Origin: Legionella sp.
Lineage (GTDB): Bacteria; Pseudomonadota; Gammaproteobacteria; Legionellales; Legionellaceae
Assembly: GCA_002786205.1 (NCBI GenBank)
Contig: PEQM01000033.1
Span: 18,868 to 82,867, forward strand
Direction of reading: 5' to 3'
DNA: 64,000 nucleotides
The notes beneath the pieces are model-generated. The model saw nothing but the letters and a program-made list of their open reading frames with translations, searched no databases and was not told where the DNA came from. A program made the translations under genes and the position numbers. Below are positions 63,187-64,000 of this stretch, in pieces. Each line of letters opens with the position of its first letter. Position 1 is the first letter of the stretch.

Positions 63187-63906
63187 ATGTATTCTGTAAA
63201 TAGTAAATTTCAAAAGTTATTTCCTGCCCTTTTAATAAGCTCTGTCATATCTTCATGCACAATGATAGATAATCAAATATGTGCCGGTTGCCAGAGGCCT
63301 TTATCGAAAGAAGCTGCTCTAAAATATAAAAATACTTCATTAGCTGATTTTATGAGAGAGCGCTTTACTGATCAGCTTGGTCGCACTACAGGCTTTTATA
63401 ATAAGGAAACCTCCAAAAATTCTATCAATATTAAATTGCTCTCCAGTAGAATAGAAAGACCTTATGATGATATAAACAATTTCTGCCAAGCTCAGGGAGG
63501 AAGTTTAGTAATTAAACAAACCTATTATAATCCACTCCCAAGTTTATATATTTCTGAAGACGATATAAAACAAGCCGTGTTTTACACCTATAAAAACGCC
63601 AAGGCCTCTGCGCCATCCCAAATAACTATTAATAATATGATTGGCTCTGAGACTTATAATATTAATAAACAGGACTACGCTTTGAGTGCAGCACAAAACG
63701 AATATTTAAAACTAAAACATAATGCCAACATCACAAATAGCTCATTTGAAGCCCAAGATTATAGAAAAGCTATACTTGGGGGGAAAATAGGAAAATATTC
63801 GTGCATAAAAAATAAAAATAACTTATGGTGGGTTTCTATAAAGCCTTTCAATGTAGAAAAAGATGGCAGTTACACTTGGATAAACACTCAGTTAATATTT
63901 AGTTAA
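63187..63906 (+). CDS. Hypothetical lipoprotein in a probable island
   Basis: Signal peptide ending VISSC; AT-rich; immediately after the tRNA 3' end. Confidence 0.65.
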   Translation: MYSVNSKFQKLFPALLISSVISSCTMIDNQICAGCQRPLSKEAALKYKNTSLADFMRERFTDQLGRTTGFYNKETSKNSINIKLLSSRIERPYDDINNFCQAQGGSLVIKQTYYNPLPSLYISEDDIKQAVFYTYKNAKASAPSQITINNMIGSETYNINKQDYALSAAQNEYLKLKHNANITNSSFEAQDYRKAILGGKIGKYSCIKNKNNLWWVSIKPFNVEKDGSYTWINTQLIFS

Positions 63907-64000
63907 CATAGTGTGAATTAATGGAATTCAAAATCCAACCCAATATTAAGTAATAAAAGAACGTACCGCAACGTCCAATAAAAGGAAAATAATGAAAAAA

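Overview
Low-GC gammaproteobacterial chromosome segment, almost certainly Legionella or a close relative. Supporting signs are groES-groEL next to dsbD and rimO, the hppD(lly)-FAH-maiA tyrosine catabolism genes, LegC2/C7-like and AnkK-like effectors, and rpsU-yqeY-dnaG-rpoD-tRNA-Ile2. The housekeeping backbone (glnE, rpe, slt, asnS, lolE/lolD, pgsA, rluC, rne, rapA, tsaD, four tRNAs) is interrupted by several orphan, effector-like genes. There is also an nfrA/nfrB-like glycan locus, a URC-type (GTP cyclohydrolase II-like/URC4/upp) operon, an IS-bounded islet carrying a cyclodeaminase plus a dehydratase, and decayed islets next to tRNA-Leu and tRNA-Ile2. The most striking unexplained feature is an intact tandem glycine riboswitch (52112-52287, minus strand). 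It sits not on a gcv or transporter gene but on an orphan multi-TM protein with an effector-like C-terminus. Other notable items are a 36-bp minimal MITE present twice with different 9-bp target duplications, an internally deleted IS3 whose two terminal TGA triplets are the stop codons of both flanking genes, RPE1-like palindromes, and a divergent PEP-carboxylase-like protein with a presequence-like N-terminus. All calls come from reading motifs by eye; no database searches were run.
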